In this document: piece after piece, positions 24,076 through 34,329 of the stretch
Position numbering within the stretch: position 1 is the first letter of the stretch
Layout of the letters: every line of letters begins with the position of its first letter
Assembly: GCF_004010195.1 (NCBI RefSeq)
Contig: NC_057720.1
Coordinates: 27,094,611 to 27,158,610, forward strand
Reading direction: 5' to 3'
Source: Chiloscyllium plagiosum
Taxonomy: Eukaryota
Length of the DNA: 64,000 nucleotides
Notes under the pieces: model-generated
The model's input: only the letters and a program-made list of their open reading frames with translations
Told to the model about the DNA's origin: nothing
Databases searched by the model: none
Position numbers and translations under genes: made by a program

Positions 24076-25810
24076 GTCGCCCTTGTGTTCATGCTCCATA
24101 TGAGTCTTTTCCATGAGTTATTTCATTTTATCACTCTTACATGTTAAACTAACTGCTGCATTTGGAGCCAATGTCGCTGTTCAACAACTCAGGGATGTAT
24201 ATCACAGTTCCCAAGGCTGCTTCTGGCATGGGTCTGCCCCTCTCACCTGAGCCAAGCAACCCTGTTCCCAATCTAAGCACGGGAGACATCCGAGAGCGCC
24301 CAGTTCCCATTGTGTCCTAGTGTAAGTCCCTGTCCTGGTCCTGCTGCTGGGTGGAGCAGCTCACATGCATGTGCAAAATCCAAATAAGAAAACGCCAGGC
24401 TGTTCACGCCTGTCAACCATTGGCCATCATCGTGGCTGAATTTTTTTTCAAATGAGGACCCATCTGAGTTCATGCCTATGAAATATGCCATCAGTTTATT
24501 TTATTAAAACTTCCAAAGTGGCATTTAATTGATGTTTATTGTGCACTAAATTTTGTTAAATTGATAAGTCCTCCTTCCCCCCAAAATGTTGATTCTTTTA
24601 TTTATACAAGTAAACAGCTTGCAATAACTAAGTGTTAAATAGTTTCCTGAGACAAGTACAGAAATGTCTTTTTTATAAAAAGCTGTGTGGGAGGATCATT
24701 ACATCAAACTCTCTTCCTGTTCTTTGTTGCTGAAATTGCATTGCAACTACTCTGTGCATGCACAAATAGAACACAGCAACCATTTTTAATGGTGGCACCT
24801 TATCTCCTATATTGGAAACATACGCTTTCTAATCTAATTCCCTTAAATGCATCCATTCTAGTCACAGCAACTACCAACAATGTGTTATGCGTGTTCCGGT
24901 TTTTTTAGTTCTTTTAAATATTTTTGTGTGTGGTCATACATGTGTGTTATTTATCCCATGGTACCTTTAATAATACTTACAGCAAACATTTGAATGTATT
25001 TTGTTTAATTTATTGTGCTTTTTTTTTGATTATGGATGTGCACTTTGCTGAATCTCTCCTTCTGGCTTTTCTTTCCTGATTTGCTGTTTCAGTTTTTCCT
25101 CAGTAACAATATTTAGCCTCGAACTCAGAAACCAATGAACAAATGTACAGGAAATAGTGATTCAGCTCATCAGGTCTGTTACATAGGAACAGGAGGAGCC
25201 TCTCCAGCTTTGAGTCAGTTCTGCCATTCAAATGATGATGGCTAATCCTTATCTTAATTCTATTTATCTGTCTGCCTTGGGTTCAGTAACCTTTAATACC
25301 CTTGTCTTCAATTAGCCTCTAATTTAGCTCGCCACTTTCGCCTATTCTCTAAAGCTTGTCTACATACAAATTTCAAAAAAAAATTATGTAAAATGCTTTG
25401 AGCTGTTTCTGTGAGAAGTGATAAAGATGCTGCTTTAATGTAAATTCCTGGTTCTTTTTAATTAGGACAACTAATCCAGCAGCAATGCACAGTCACTCCA
25501 CTCAGTCCAACACAAATGATTCTCTCTGCAGCCAATCAGCTCTCTCTCTGAAACTAAAGGCATGGAGCCATCTTCTGACTTCTATCAAAACTATTCTGAT
25601 CTATCTGCCACCATCCTGTGCAGCCTCAGATGTGCAAATGACATGGCTCTCCAGCAGCTTTGTGGGGATGAGGCCCATTGTATCCATGAAACAACTCCAC
25701 ATAGGTTGTAACTAAATCACCCTTTATTTACACACGGACAGCCCTTGACACTGATCCAGCTCCCTCAGAGCCAACTCTCAGAGTGAACAGGATGCCTGAC
25801 ACTCCCATTC

Positions 25811-26215
25811 GTTTTTTTTCATTTTCCCCCACACCACTGCCTAACTGCAGTAGTGCTTATTTTTCCCCAGCACACATGTTGTGTACGTCAGACACAGTGG
25901 AGAACAACAAGTGTGTCAATCTTTATTTGTATTCCACCACCAGGAAGAAAGGACACACCCGAGTGGCCAGTGACAAGCAATGCCCTTCTCGAGAGAGGGC
26001 AATGCTGCGTGATCAAAAATTGAAGGGGAGGGCAGGAATTGAATCAAAATAGAGTTGGAGGAGGAAATAAAACACTCCACTCCCTGCAGTGCCCACCTCT
26101 TCCTGAAAACTTCGAGGGTGTTGGCAGACACCATGTGCACCTGCCCCAGGAACACCCTGGCTCTGACAAAACAGCGAGGAAGAGGGGCAGGCAATCGGGC
26201 CTAATGACTCCGACA
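25811..26215 (-). mobile_element. L1/Tx1-like LINE 3' end with A-rich tail, inserted at the Gypsy 3' LTR
   Basis: Minus translations PDCLPLF / FVRARVFL...VSANTLEVFRKRWALQGVECFISSSNSILI resemble a Tx1-type ORF2 C-terminus. AATAAA and a T-run at 25812-25819 mark the tail. Confidence 0.6.
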
Positions 26216-27870
26216 TTTCTGTTCTCTTGCTTAGTGGAGTTTTGTAGCTGGCATTGGTGTTCCTGCTGCCATTTCACCCTCCCCTCCCCCTTCAGGTCCA
26301 GGAAGATCAGATCTAATCTGGTGCAGAACCTTCTCCTCATTAGCAACGCTGCTGGAGCTTACCTGCAGTTTCATGCAGGGTGGTTCTACAATCAAATAGG
26401 AAGCAGGACAGTTTGGTATCTAATGAAGCTGTTGTCTGTTTCTTTAAGCCTCCCTTCAAGGTATGGACTGCTCTTTCTGCCAGACCATTGGATGATGGTT
26501 GGTATGGAGCTACCCTTATAAATCAAATTATATTCGACTTTAGGAAATGCTCAAATTCCCTGCTGTAAATGATGGCCTGTTATCTGTGACCAACAGTGAG
26601 TCCGTGTATTGTGAAAGATACGCATGGTTTTTCTATCGTCATCCCTGTGTTTGATGGATGGACTGTACGCACATCCAGCCACTTTGAGTGAATGTCCACA
26701 ATGACCAGAATATTAAGCCCATGAAAGGACCTGGATAGATGTTTAACAGGTTTTACCAGGCCATTCCCACGAATGTAGGGGAGTTGCTGGCAGTAACTTT
26801 CATCCTTGTTGGAACTCTGGGCATTGTCTCACCAAAGTGGCAATGTCTGTATCCAATCCTGGCCACTAGACACAACCTCTCGCCAACATCTTCACTTTGG
26901 AAACCCCTGGATGACCTGAGTGAATTTCTGCCAGTACCTGGCAGCAACCTAAGTCTCGGACAAAAACTCTTGCCCCACCGCACCGCACCACCCCCTCACC
27001 CCCCCCCACCCCCACCCCCCACCCCCCATAACAACATGCTTTCCTTTACTGTGATCAGGGTCCAAAACAGTTCCAATTCTGGCTCTGACCACCTTTGGAT
27101 TTTCCCCATCACCACCAATTGTTTCAGTTCGGCCAGAAATGGATCTTTCTGAAACAAAAATGTAATATTATCAGCTGTGACAGGAAATGTGTCCAATAAA
27201 TTTTAAACCATTACGGACTCTTCCAGTGGCGGTACCACAGGCGGTCTATCTACCAGCAGGAGGCGGATGCATGGATCTGCATTTGCTACTTGGCCTCCTG
27301 GACGGTGTTCCAAATTGGAATTATACAAATTTAGTATTACAGCCCACCACTGTAGTTGGCCTGAAGCTCTGGGTGTCACTGTTTTGTCCTCTTTAAGAAG
27401 ACCTAGCAGGGATTTGTGATCCATTATTATTACAAATTCAGGTCCGGAAAGGTATTGGTGAAACTTCCTGATGCCAAATACGACCACTAAACCTTCCTTC
27501 TGTCTCTGGGCAAATTTATACTCTGCATTCGGCAAAATCATGGATGCATACACTATTGGGCTTTCCTCTCCATTGGGCCACCTATGAGCTAATGCTACCC
27601 CAACGTCAATACCAAATCACACTTGGGATCATAGTGCACCAACATCTTAGAGGTTGATAGCTGTTTCTTCACTTCCCTGAAAGCTATGGCCTGGCTAAAC
27701 AACCATTTCCAAGGCTGAGTCTTTATTAAGAGTTGATGCAAAGGTGCCAGAATGGAGGCCAGGTTATGGATGAACTTTCCATAATGATTCACTAACCCAA
27801 GAAAAGACCTGATGTCCAGTACAGAAGTGAGAGCCAGAGCACCTTTGATCACTTTCACTTTATCTTCCAA

Positions 27871-28203
27871 GTGGTTTATAAAATCATGAGGGGCATGGAT
27901 AGGATAAATAGACAAAGTATTTTTCCTGGGATGATGGAGTCCAGACTAGAGGGCATAGGTTTAGGGTGAGAGGGGAAAGATATAAAAGAGACTCTATATG
28001 GAATGAGCTGCCAGCAAAGTTGGTAGAGGCAGGTACATTAATAACATTTAAAAGGCATTTAGATAAATATATGGATAGGAAAGGGTTAGAAGGATATGGA
28101 CCAAGTGTAAGGAAATGGGATTGGCGTGGATGGACATTTTAGTCGGCATGAACCAGTTTGGGCCAAAGGGCCTGTCTCCGTGCTGTATGACTCTATGACT
28201 CTA
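27871..28203 (+). mobile_element. CR1 3' fragment nested in Gypsy RT
   Basis: gtttataaaatcatgaggggcatggatagg...ctgtatgactctatgactcta. Gypsy RT resumes on both sides. Confidence 0.9.
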
Positions 28204-28394
28204 AGAGGTAACCCTGGTTTGTTGACTCTGCAGCATAAGTAGGTTATTTTGCATGTCTGAAACACCCATTTCTCCTTTCTAAGGTGTACATCCTTCTGGA
28301 AGAAACGTCTAAGAATTATGTCAGAGTTCTCTAAGAGCTCCTTATTGCTCTTCCCTTTTGTTAGCGCATCATCTAGATAAATGGACAAAGCTAA

Positions 28395-28520
28395 AAATTG
28401 CACAGCACCAGGTTATTGTCCAACAGGTTTATTTGGAAGTACAAGTTTTTGGAGTGCTGCTCCTTCTTCAGATAGCTCGCAGGGCAGGATCATAGCACAC
28501 AGAGTATTATAATTTACTGC
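28395..28520 (-). mobile_element. PLE-terminal fragment (family 2) nested in Gypsy
   Basis: aaaattgcacagcaccaggttattgtccaacaggtttatttggaag..ggagtgctgctccttcttcag is the reverse complement of the 34217-34302 type. Confidence 0.75.
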
Positions 28521-28940
28521 ATTCTCTGCCCCAATGTCATTTGCCAAGAACAAATAACACATTCTTTCCACACTAAGCCTAACCTTCAATGGCAGGATTG
28601 AATGAACCAAATTTCCCAAATAACGGCATAATGCCAGAAATTCTTACCCTGACTCAAAGATGACTGTTGCAAGCAAATTTGAATAGGTCTGCACTTTTCT
28701 CTCTTTGCCACTGAAATAACTCCACAGAGGTTGGAGTCCTGTTACCAAGTTAGTGTTTATTTACACATAGAGAGTCTTTGACACTGATCCAGCTCCCTCA
28801 AAGCCAGCTCTCGGAGTGTACAGGATGTCTGACACTGCTGTTCTTGTCTGCCAGACAGAGGTCCCTGATTGGACTAATTTAATAGCCCCAATCAGAGAAC
28901 TCATATTCTATAAGGTCGACCTGGCTAACCCCGTTACATT

Positions 28941-29092
28941 GTAGAAAGTAAGGACTGAAGGTGCTGGAGATCAGAGTCAAGAGTGTGGTGCTAGAAAAGC
29001 ACAGCACGTCAGGCAGCATCCAATTCCCCTGCTCTTCAGATGCTGCCTGACCTGCTGTGCTTTTCCAGCACCACACTGTCAACTCTAATCTT
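28941..29092. mobile_element. Fold-back PLE-terminal insert with 8-bp TSD at the Gypsy LTR end
   Basis: TSD gttacatt at 28933-28940 and 29093-29100. Inverted arms agtgtggtgctagaaaagcacagca.gtcaggcagcatc / gatgctgcctgacctgctgtgcttttccagcaccacact. Confidence 0.85.
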
Positions 29093-29884
29093 GTTACATT
29101 CACTACAATCCAGCTATGCCATTGTCCAAGGAGGGGACAGCATGTGGAAACGGCACATGGCAATCACCAGGGCATGCTAGCCTGGGTCCGGCAGAGTTAT
29201 TGCAGTCGCGATGAGACAAAAGGACAGACCTGTAGGCTTCAAACTAGAAGTGCCCTCTGGCTCCCTTGCAGTCCCAGCAGCAACCGTCTCTCTCAGTGAT
29301 GCAGCTAAAGCTACAGGGTTGCTGGTTGTCTGATTGGATCAGTAGAATGGATAGCCAGCCCACAATAATTGGATAGTGGATTCTGAGTAGCTATTGGCCA
29401 TCTTTGGGAAGGTTGTCACCGTGGCGCCAACATGTGCACACAGTCCCAACTTAGGGACGTCACCCTTGCTGGGAAAATCCCACCCACATCTTTCTATCTT
29501 TAACGCAGAAATATTTGTTGAAGAAAGCTGGAAACAAGCGAAGCATTAAATGTCTGTATGCGTAAAATTTCCTGTAAGTATTCTTAGGACATACTGAGGG
29601 TAACTTTTCCAAGAAGTTTAGTGCTTATCTTCAGAATTGATTTACTTTTATTGCATTCATTATGGCATAAATTGGTTTTTCTGCAAATGTACTGGGAACT
29701 GTCAGAACAAAAGCACTTGAAGAACTTACAGTGAATAATGCTATAAAAACCAAATAGAATGCTAGCTTTTACAGGAAGAAGAATAGAATATAAAACAAAG
29801 ATATAATAGTTGATCTTTATAAACTTTTGTAAGAGCTCTGTTGTAGTACAGTATGCACTGTTGGACAACACATTACACATACGT

Positions 29885-30425
29885 TCATAGAGCTATAGAG
29901 TCCTACAGCACAAGTCAAACCCTGCGATCCAACTCGTCTGTGCCAGCCAGATGAACCAATCTGACCTAGTCCCATTTGCCAACATTTGGCCCATCTCCCT
30001 CAAAATTCTTCCTGTTTATACACCCATCCAGATGCCTTTTAAATGTTGTTATTGTACCAGTCTCCACCACCCACCCAACAGCTCCATAAATGCACCATCC
30101 TCTACATGGCAGAGTTACCCCATAGATTATTTTTAAATCTTACCCCTCTTACCTGTCACCGCAAACCTATTCCCTCTTGTTTCGGACTCCCCTACCCTGT
30201 GAAAAAAAATCCTTGTCATTTACCCTATCCATGCCCTCATGATTTTATAAACCTCTATCAGGTCACCCCTCAGTCTCTGACACTCCAAAGAAAAACGTCC
30301 CAGTCTATACAGCCTCTCCCTATAACTCAAACCCTCTGGTCCCAGCAACATTCTTGTAAATCTTTTCTGCATGTTTTCAAGTTTTTCACAGCATTCCTCC
30401 TGTAGCAGGGAGACCAGAATTGTAG
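29885..30425 (-). mobile_element. CR1 3' fragment
   Basis: QKRFTRMLLGPEGLSYRERLYRLGRFSLECQRLRGDLIEVYKIM. Confidence 0.9.
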
Positions 30426-30647
30426 ACACCAGATGATGTCGAAGCAATGCTGTGGATTTAACAGGTTTATTATGTTGCTGTTTCTATGATGAAGTAAAGA
30501 TGTAAAGAAAAATTGAAATGCAATACAAAAATGAGTGATTGAAGCAGAGACCACACCAATATTTAAGAATAGATTTGACAGTCTTCTGAAGGAAAACAAG
30601 ATCATGGAATATGGAAACAAATAGTCACATGGTATCAGGACATTATT

Positions 30648-31520
30648 AGTCATGGAGTTATACAGTACAGAAACAGTCCTTTCAGCCTACCATGTCTTTG
30701 TCAACCGGCAAACCCTAAACTACTCGTATTTGGTCCATAGCCGACTGTACCCTGACATTTTAAGTGCTCATTCAGATGCTTCTTAAATGTTTGAGAGTAC
30801 CTGCCTCCATCACCCTCTCAGACAACACATTCCATGTTTCTACCATCCTCTGGGTGATGTTTTTATTCTCAGATCTCTTCTAAATCACTTACTCCTCATT
30901 TTAAACTGCCATGGGGAGGAATCTCTACAGATTAACCGTCAAGATCTCAGTTTTGTATACCTCAATCAGATCCCCCCTCAGCCTCCTCTGCTCCAAGGAA
31001 AACCCAGCCTATACAGTCTCTCCTAGGATTTTCCATCCTAGGCAACATTCTGATAAATCTCTTCTGCATCTTTTCCAGTGCAATCACATCCTTTTGTAGT
31101 ATGGTGACCAGAATTGCACACGGTATTCCATCTGTGACCGAACTAATGTTTGATAAGATTGTAACAAGACTTCCATGCTCCTATATTCTATGCCCCAGCT
31201 CATGAAGACAAGCAAACTGTATCCCTTCTTCACCACCCTGTCTACCAGTGCTAACCCTTCAGGGATCTATGGACTTGTACGCCAAGGTTCCTTTGTTCCT
31301 CAGTACTGTCTAGGATCTACCATTCATTATGTTTATCCATCTCTTATTAGACCTCTCAAGATGCATCACTCACCCTTATTAGGTTTAAATTCCAACTGGC
31401 ATTGCTCTGTCCAATTTACCAGCTGATCAATATCAAACTGTAGCCAGAGACCATCCCCTCCTCACTATCAAAAACATGATCAATATTCATGCCATCTGCA
31501 ACTTACTAATTAAAGCTTCT
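30648..31520 (-). mobile_element. Older CR1 ORF2 3' fragment
   Basis: CR1 tail at 30648, ccagaattgcacacggtattcca (EYxVQFWS), and gccatctgcaacttactaat (ISKxADxxK region). Confidence 0.8.
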
Positions 31521-31544
31521 CCATTTTGTCCAAATCATCAATAG

Positions 31545-31779
31545 ATTTGCCTAATTACCCTATCCATGCCCCTCATAATTTTGTAAACCTCTATAAGGTC
31601 ACCCCTCAGCCTCCGACGCTCCAGAGAAAACAGCCCCAGCCTGTTCAGCCTCTCCCTATAGCTCAAATTCTCTAACCCTGGCAACATCCTTGTAAATCTT
31701 TTCTGAACACTTTCAAGTTTCACAATATCTTTCCAATAGGAAGGAGACCAGAATTGCATGCAATATTCCAACAGTGGCC
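31545..31779 (-). mobile_element. Young CR1 fragment running into gap
   Basis: EYCMQFWSPSYWKDIVKLESVQKRFTRMLPGLENLSYRERLNRLGLFSLERRRLRGDLIEVYKIM. Confidence 0.93.
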
Positions 31780-32498
31780 NNNNNNNNNNNNNNNNNNNNN
31801 NNNNNNNNNNNNNNNNNNNNNNNNNNNNNNNNNNNNNNNNNNNNNNNNNNNNNNNNNNNNNNNNNNNNNNNNNNNNNNNNNNNNNNNNNNNNNNNNNNNN
31901 NNNNNNNNNNNNNNNNNNNNNNNNNNNNNNNNNNNNNNNNNNNNNNNNNNNNNNNNNNNNNNNNNNNNNNNNNNNNNNNNNNNNNNNNNNNNNNNNNNNN
32001 NNNNNNNNNNNNNNNNNNNNNNNNNNNNNNNNNNNNNNNNNNNNNNNNNNNNNNNNNNNNNNNNNNNNNNNNNNNNNNNNNNNNNNNNNNNNNNNNNNNN
32101 NNNNNNNNNNNNNNNNNNNNNNNNNNNNNNNNNNNNNNNNNNNNNNNNNNNNNNNNNNNNNNNNNNNNNNNNNNNNNNNNNNNNNNNNNNNNNNNNNNNN
32201 NNNNNNNNNNNNNNNNNNNNNNNNNNNNNNNNNNNNNNNNNNNNNNNNNNNNNNNNNNNNNNNNNNNNNNNNNNNNNNNNNNNNNNNNNNNNNNNNNNNN
32301 NNNNNNNNNNNNNNNNNNNNNNNNNNNNNNNNNNNNNNNNNNNNNNNNNNNNNNNNNNNNNNNNNNNNNNNNNNNNNNNNNNNNNNNNNNNNNNNNNNNN
32401 NNNNNNNNNNNNNNNNNNNNNNNNNNNNNNNNNNNNNNNNNNNNNNNNNNNNNNNNNNNNNNNNNNNNNNNNNNNNNNNNNNNNNNNNNNNNNNNNNN
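31780..32498. other. Assembly gap
   Basis: N run. Confidence 1.
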
Positions 32499-32990
32499 TT
32501 TCGGGCATAAGCCCTTCTTCAGGAATGAGGAAGGTTTGTCCAGCAGGCTAAGATAAAAGGTAGGGAGGAGGGACTTGGGGGCGGGGCGTCGGAAATGTGA
32601 TAGGTGGAAAGAGGTCAAGGTGAGGGTGATAGGTGAGACTGGGGTGGGGGCGGAGAGGTCGGGAAGAAGATTGCAGGTTAGGAAGGCGGTGCTGAATTTG
32701 ATGGATTTGACTGAGACAAGGTGGGGGAGGGGAAATGAGGAAACTGGTGAAATCCGAGTTCATCCCTTGTGGTTGGAGGGTTCCTAGGCGGAAGATGAGG
32801 CGCTCTTCCTCCAACCGTCGTGTTGTTGTGGTCTGGTGATGGAGGAGTCCAAAGACCTGCATATCCTTGGTGGAGTGGGAGGGGGAGTTGAAATGTTGAG
32901 CCACAGGGTGGTTGGGTTGGTTGGTCCGGCTACTTGCGGAGCGTTTCAGAGAACCGGCTACTTGCGGAGCGTTTCAGAGAACACCCGGAC
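32499..32990 (-). mobile_element. Penelope-like element 3' part (GIY-YIG C-terminus + hammerhead) with short inverted duplicated 5' junction
   Basis: AQHFNSPSHSTKDMQVFGLL..RRLEEERLIFRLGTLQPQGMN. Minus strand CTGAAGA-A-GGGCttatGCCC-GAAA at the gap edge. 32926-32990 holds two tandem copies of ccggctacttgcggagcgtttcagagaa in opposite orientation. Confidence 0.9.
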
Positions 32991-33740
32991 CTTGTCACCC
33001 ACCCTGCCTTATTTCCCAAGAGTAGGTCAAGTTTTGCACCTTCTCTAGTAGGTACATCCACATACTGAATCAGAAAATTGTCTTGTACGCACTTAACAAA
33101 TTCCTCTCCATCTAAACCTTTAACACTATGGCAGTCCCAGTCTATGTTTGGAAAGTTAAAATCCCCTTCCATAACCACCCTATTATTCTTACAATAGCCG
33201 AGATCCTGTTACAAGTTTGTTTCTCAATTTCCCTCTGACTATTAAGGGGTCTATGATACAATCCCAATAAGGTGATCAACTCTTTCTTATTTCTCAGTTC
33301 CACCCAAATAACTTCCCTGGATGTATTTCCAGGAATATCCTCCCTCAGCACAGCTGTAATGCTCTCCCTTATCAAAATGCTTCTCCCCCTCCTCTCTTGC
33401 CTCCCTTTCTATCCTTCTTGTAGCATTTGTATCCTGGAACATTAAGCTGCCAGTCCTGTCCATCCCTGAGCCATGTTTCTGTAATTGCTATGATATCCCA
33501 GTCCAATATTCCTAACCATGCCCTGAGTTCATCTGCCTTCCCTGTTAGGCCCCTTGCATTGAAATAAATGCAGTTTAATTTATTAGTCCTACCTTGTCCC
33601 TGCCTGCCCTGACTGTTTGACTCACTCCTGTTCTCAACTGTACCAGTCTCAGATTGACCTCTTTCCTCACTATCTCCCTGGGTCACCCCCCCACCCCCAC
33701 CTTACTAGTTTGAATCCTCCTGAGCAGGTCTAGCAAATTT
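32990..33740 (-). mobile_element. CR1 ORF2 N-terminal APE endonuclease fragment
   Basis: KLNCIYFNARGLTGKADEL..DIIAITETWL..PGYKCYKKDR..RGGG; IWVEL..GLYHRP; EGDFNFPNIDW..QYVDVPTREGAKLDLLLGN (frameshifted). Confidence 0.93.
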
Positions 33741-34302
33741 CACACACTCACAACCCCCACCCCAGACAGACACACACAGACAGACAGACAAAGACCCACA
33801 TGCACACATATATTTTGTGTGGTGAATTTGTACTTGCAGAGTTACATTGCACTTTGCTCAAAAACTGCATACATTCATGTAGAACTCTGAGCTCAAAAAC
33901 TGCATGAATTTATGTAAAACTCTGTTATCTCACTTTTTAGATTAGAATCAATCTAAACATCAAGTCATAGACAGAGAACACAGGTGGCTAACACCTTCAA
34001 CATATTGTCTAGCTATCACCATTGTTAACAGCTAACCCGAGAATGCAACTTTAAAAAAAAGGGTTTTGTGATTTACACATGAAAGAAGTGAAACTATCAC
34101 TGTATTCTAACAGATGAAAGGCTTAACAGACAATCAATTTTTCAATGTATAATTTCAGTTACATCACACTGCAAATTTTTGCTATAATTCTGTGTTACGA
34201 TCGAGCCCTCCACAATCACCTGATGAAGGAGCGTCGCTCCGAAAGCTAGTGTGTTTCCAATTAAACCTGTTGGACTATAACCTGGTGTTGTGTGATTTTT
34301 AA
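33741..34302 (+). mobile_element. Penelope-like element family 2, 3' UTR/pLTR with intact hammerhead motif
   Basis: CA-rich start, ends cacCTGATGAaggagcgtcgctccGAAAgctagtg..aaacctgttggactataacctggtgttgtgtgatttttaa. Same terminus at 23128, 28395 and 41931. PLE assignment is inferred from the hammerhead and fold-back behaviour; no ORF is in view. Confidence 0.7.
34217..34251 (+). ncRNA. Minimal type-I hammerhead ribozyme motif
   Basis: Stem I CAC/GTG; core CUGAUGA (34220-34226) + extra A; stem II GGAGC-guc-GCUCC; GAAA (34241-34244); palindromic stem III AGCU; predicted cleavage after CUA (34248). Confidence 0.8.
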
Positions 34303-34329
34303 AGTTGAGATAGAATTTCTGTAAAGGAT

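Larger units (their letters stand above)
25687..28938 (-). mobile_element. Gypsy (Ty3) LTR retrotransposon, decayed, both LTRs visible, with nested Tx1, CR1 and PLE inserts
   Basis: 5' LTR 28712-28938 (TGTAAC...TTTCA, then PBS-like TGGC). Partial 3' LTR 25687-25810 shares ttgacactgatccagctccctca. RT IYLDDAL (~28380), IRSFLGLVNHYGKFIHNLASILAPLHQLL, RNase H YAS..AE..FAQRQKEGL..DHKSLLGLL..ANAD, integrase region 26350-26800. Flanks tcca/ttca (after removing the PLE insert) may be a 4-bp TSD. Confidence 0.9.

Noticed and set aside
24248..24476. Minus-strand exon candidate (ag|GCATGAAC...TCAG|gtgaga; ORF MAYFIGMNSDG...)
   Set aside because: All three frames hit stops before the donor and the peptide is unrecognisable; a non-coding exon cannot be supported from sequence alone.
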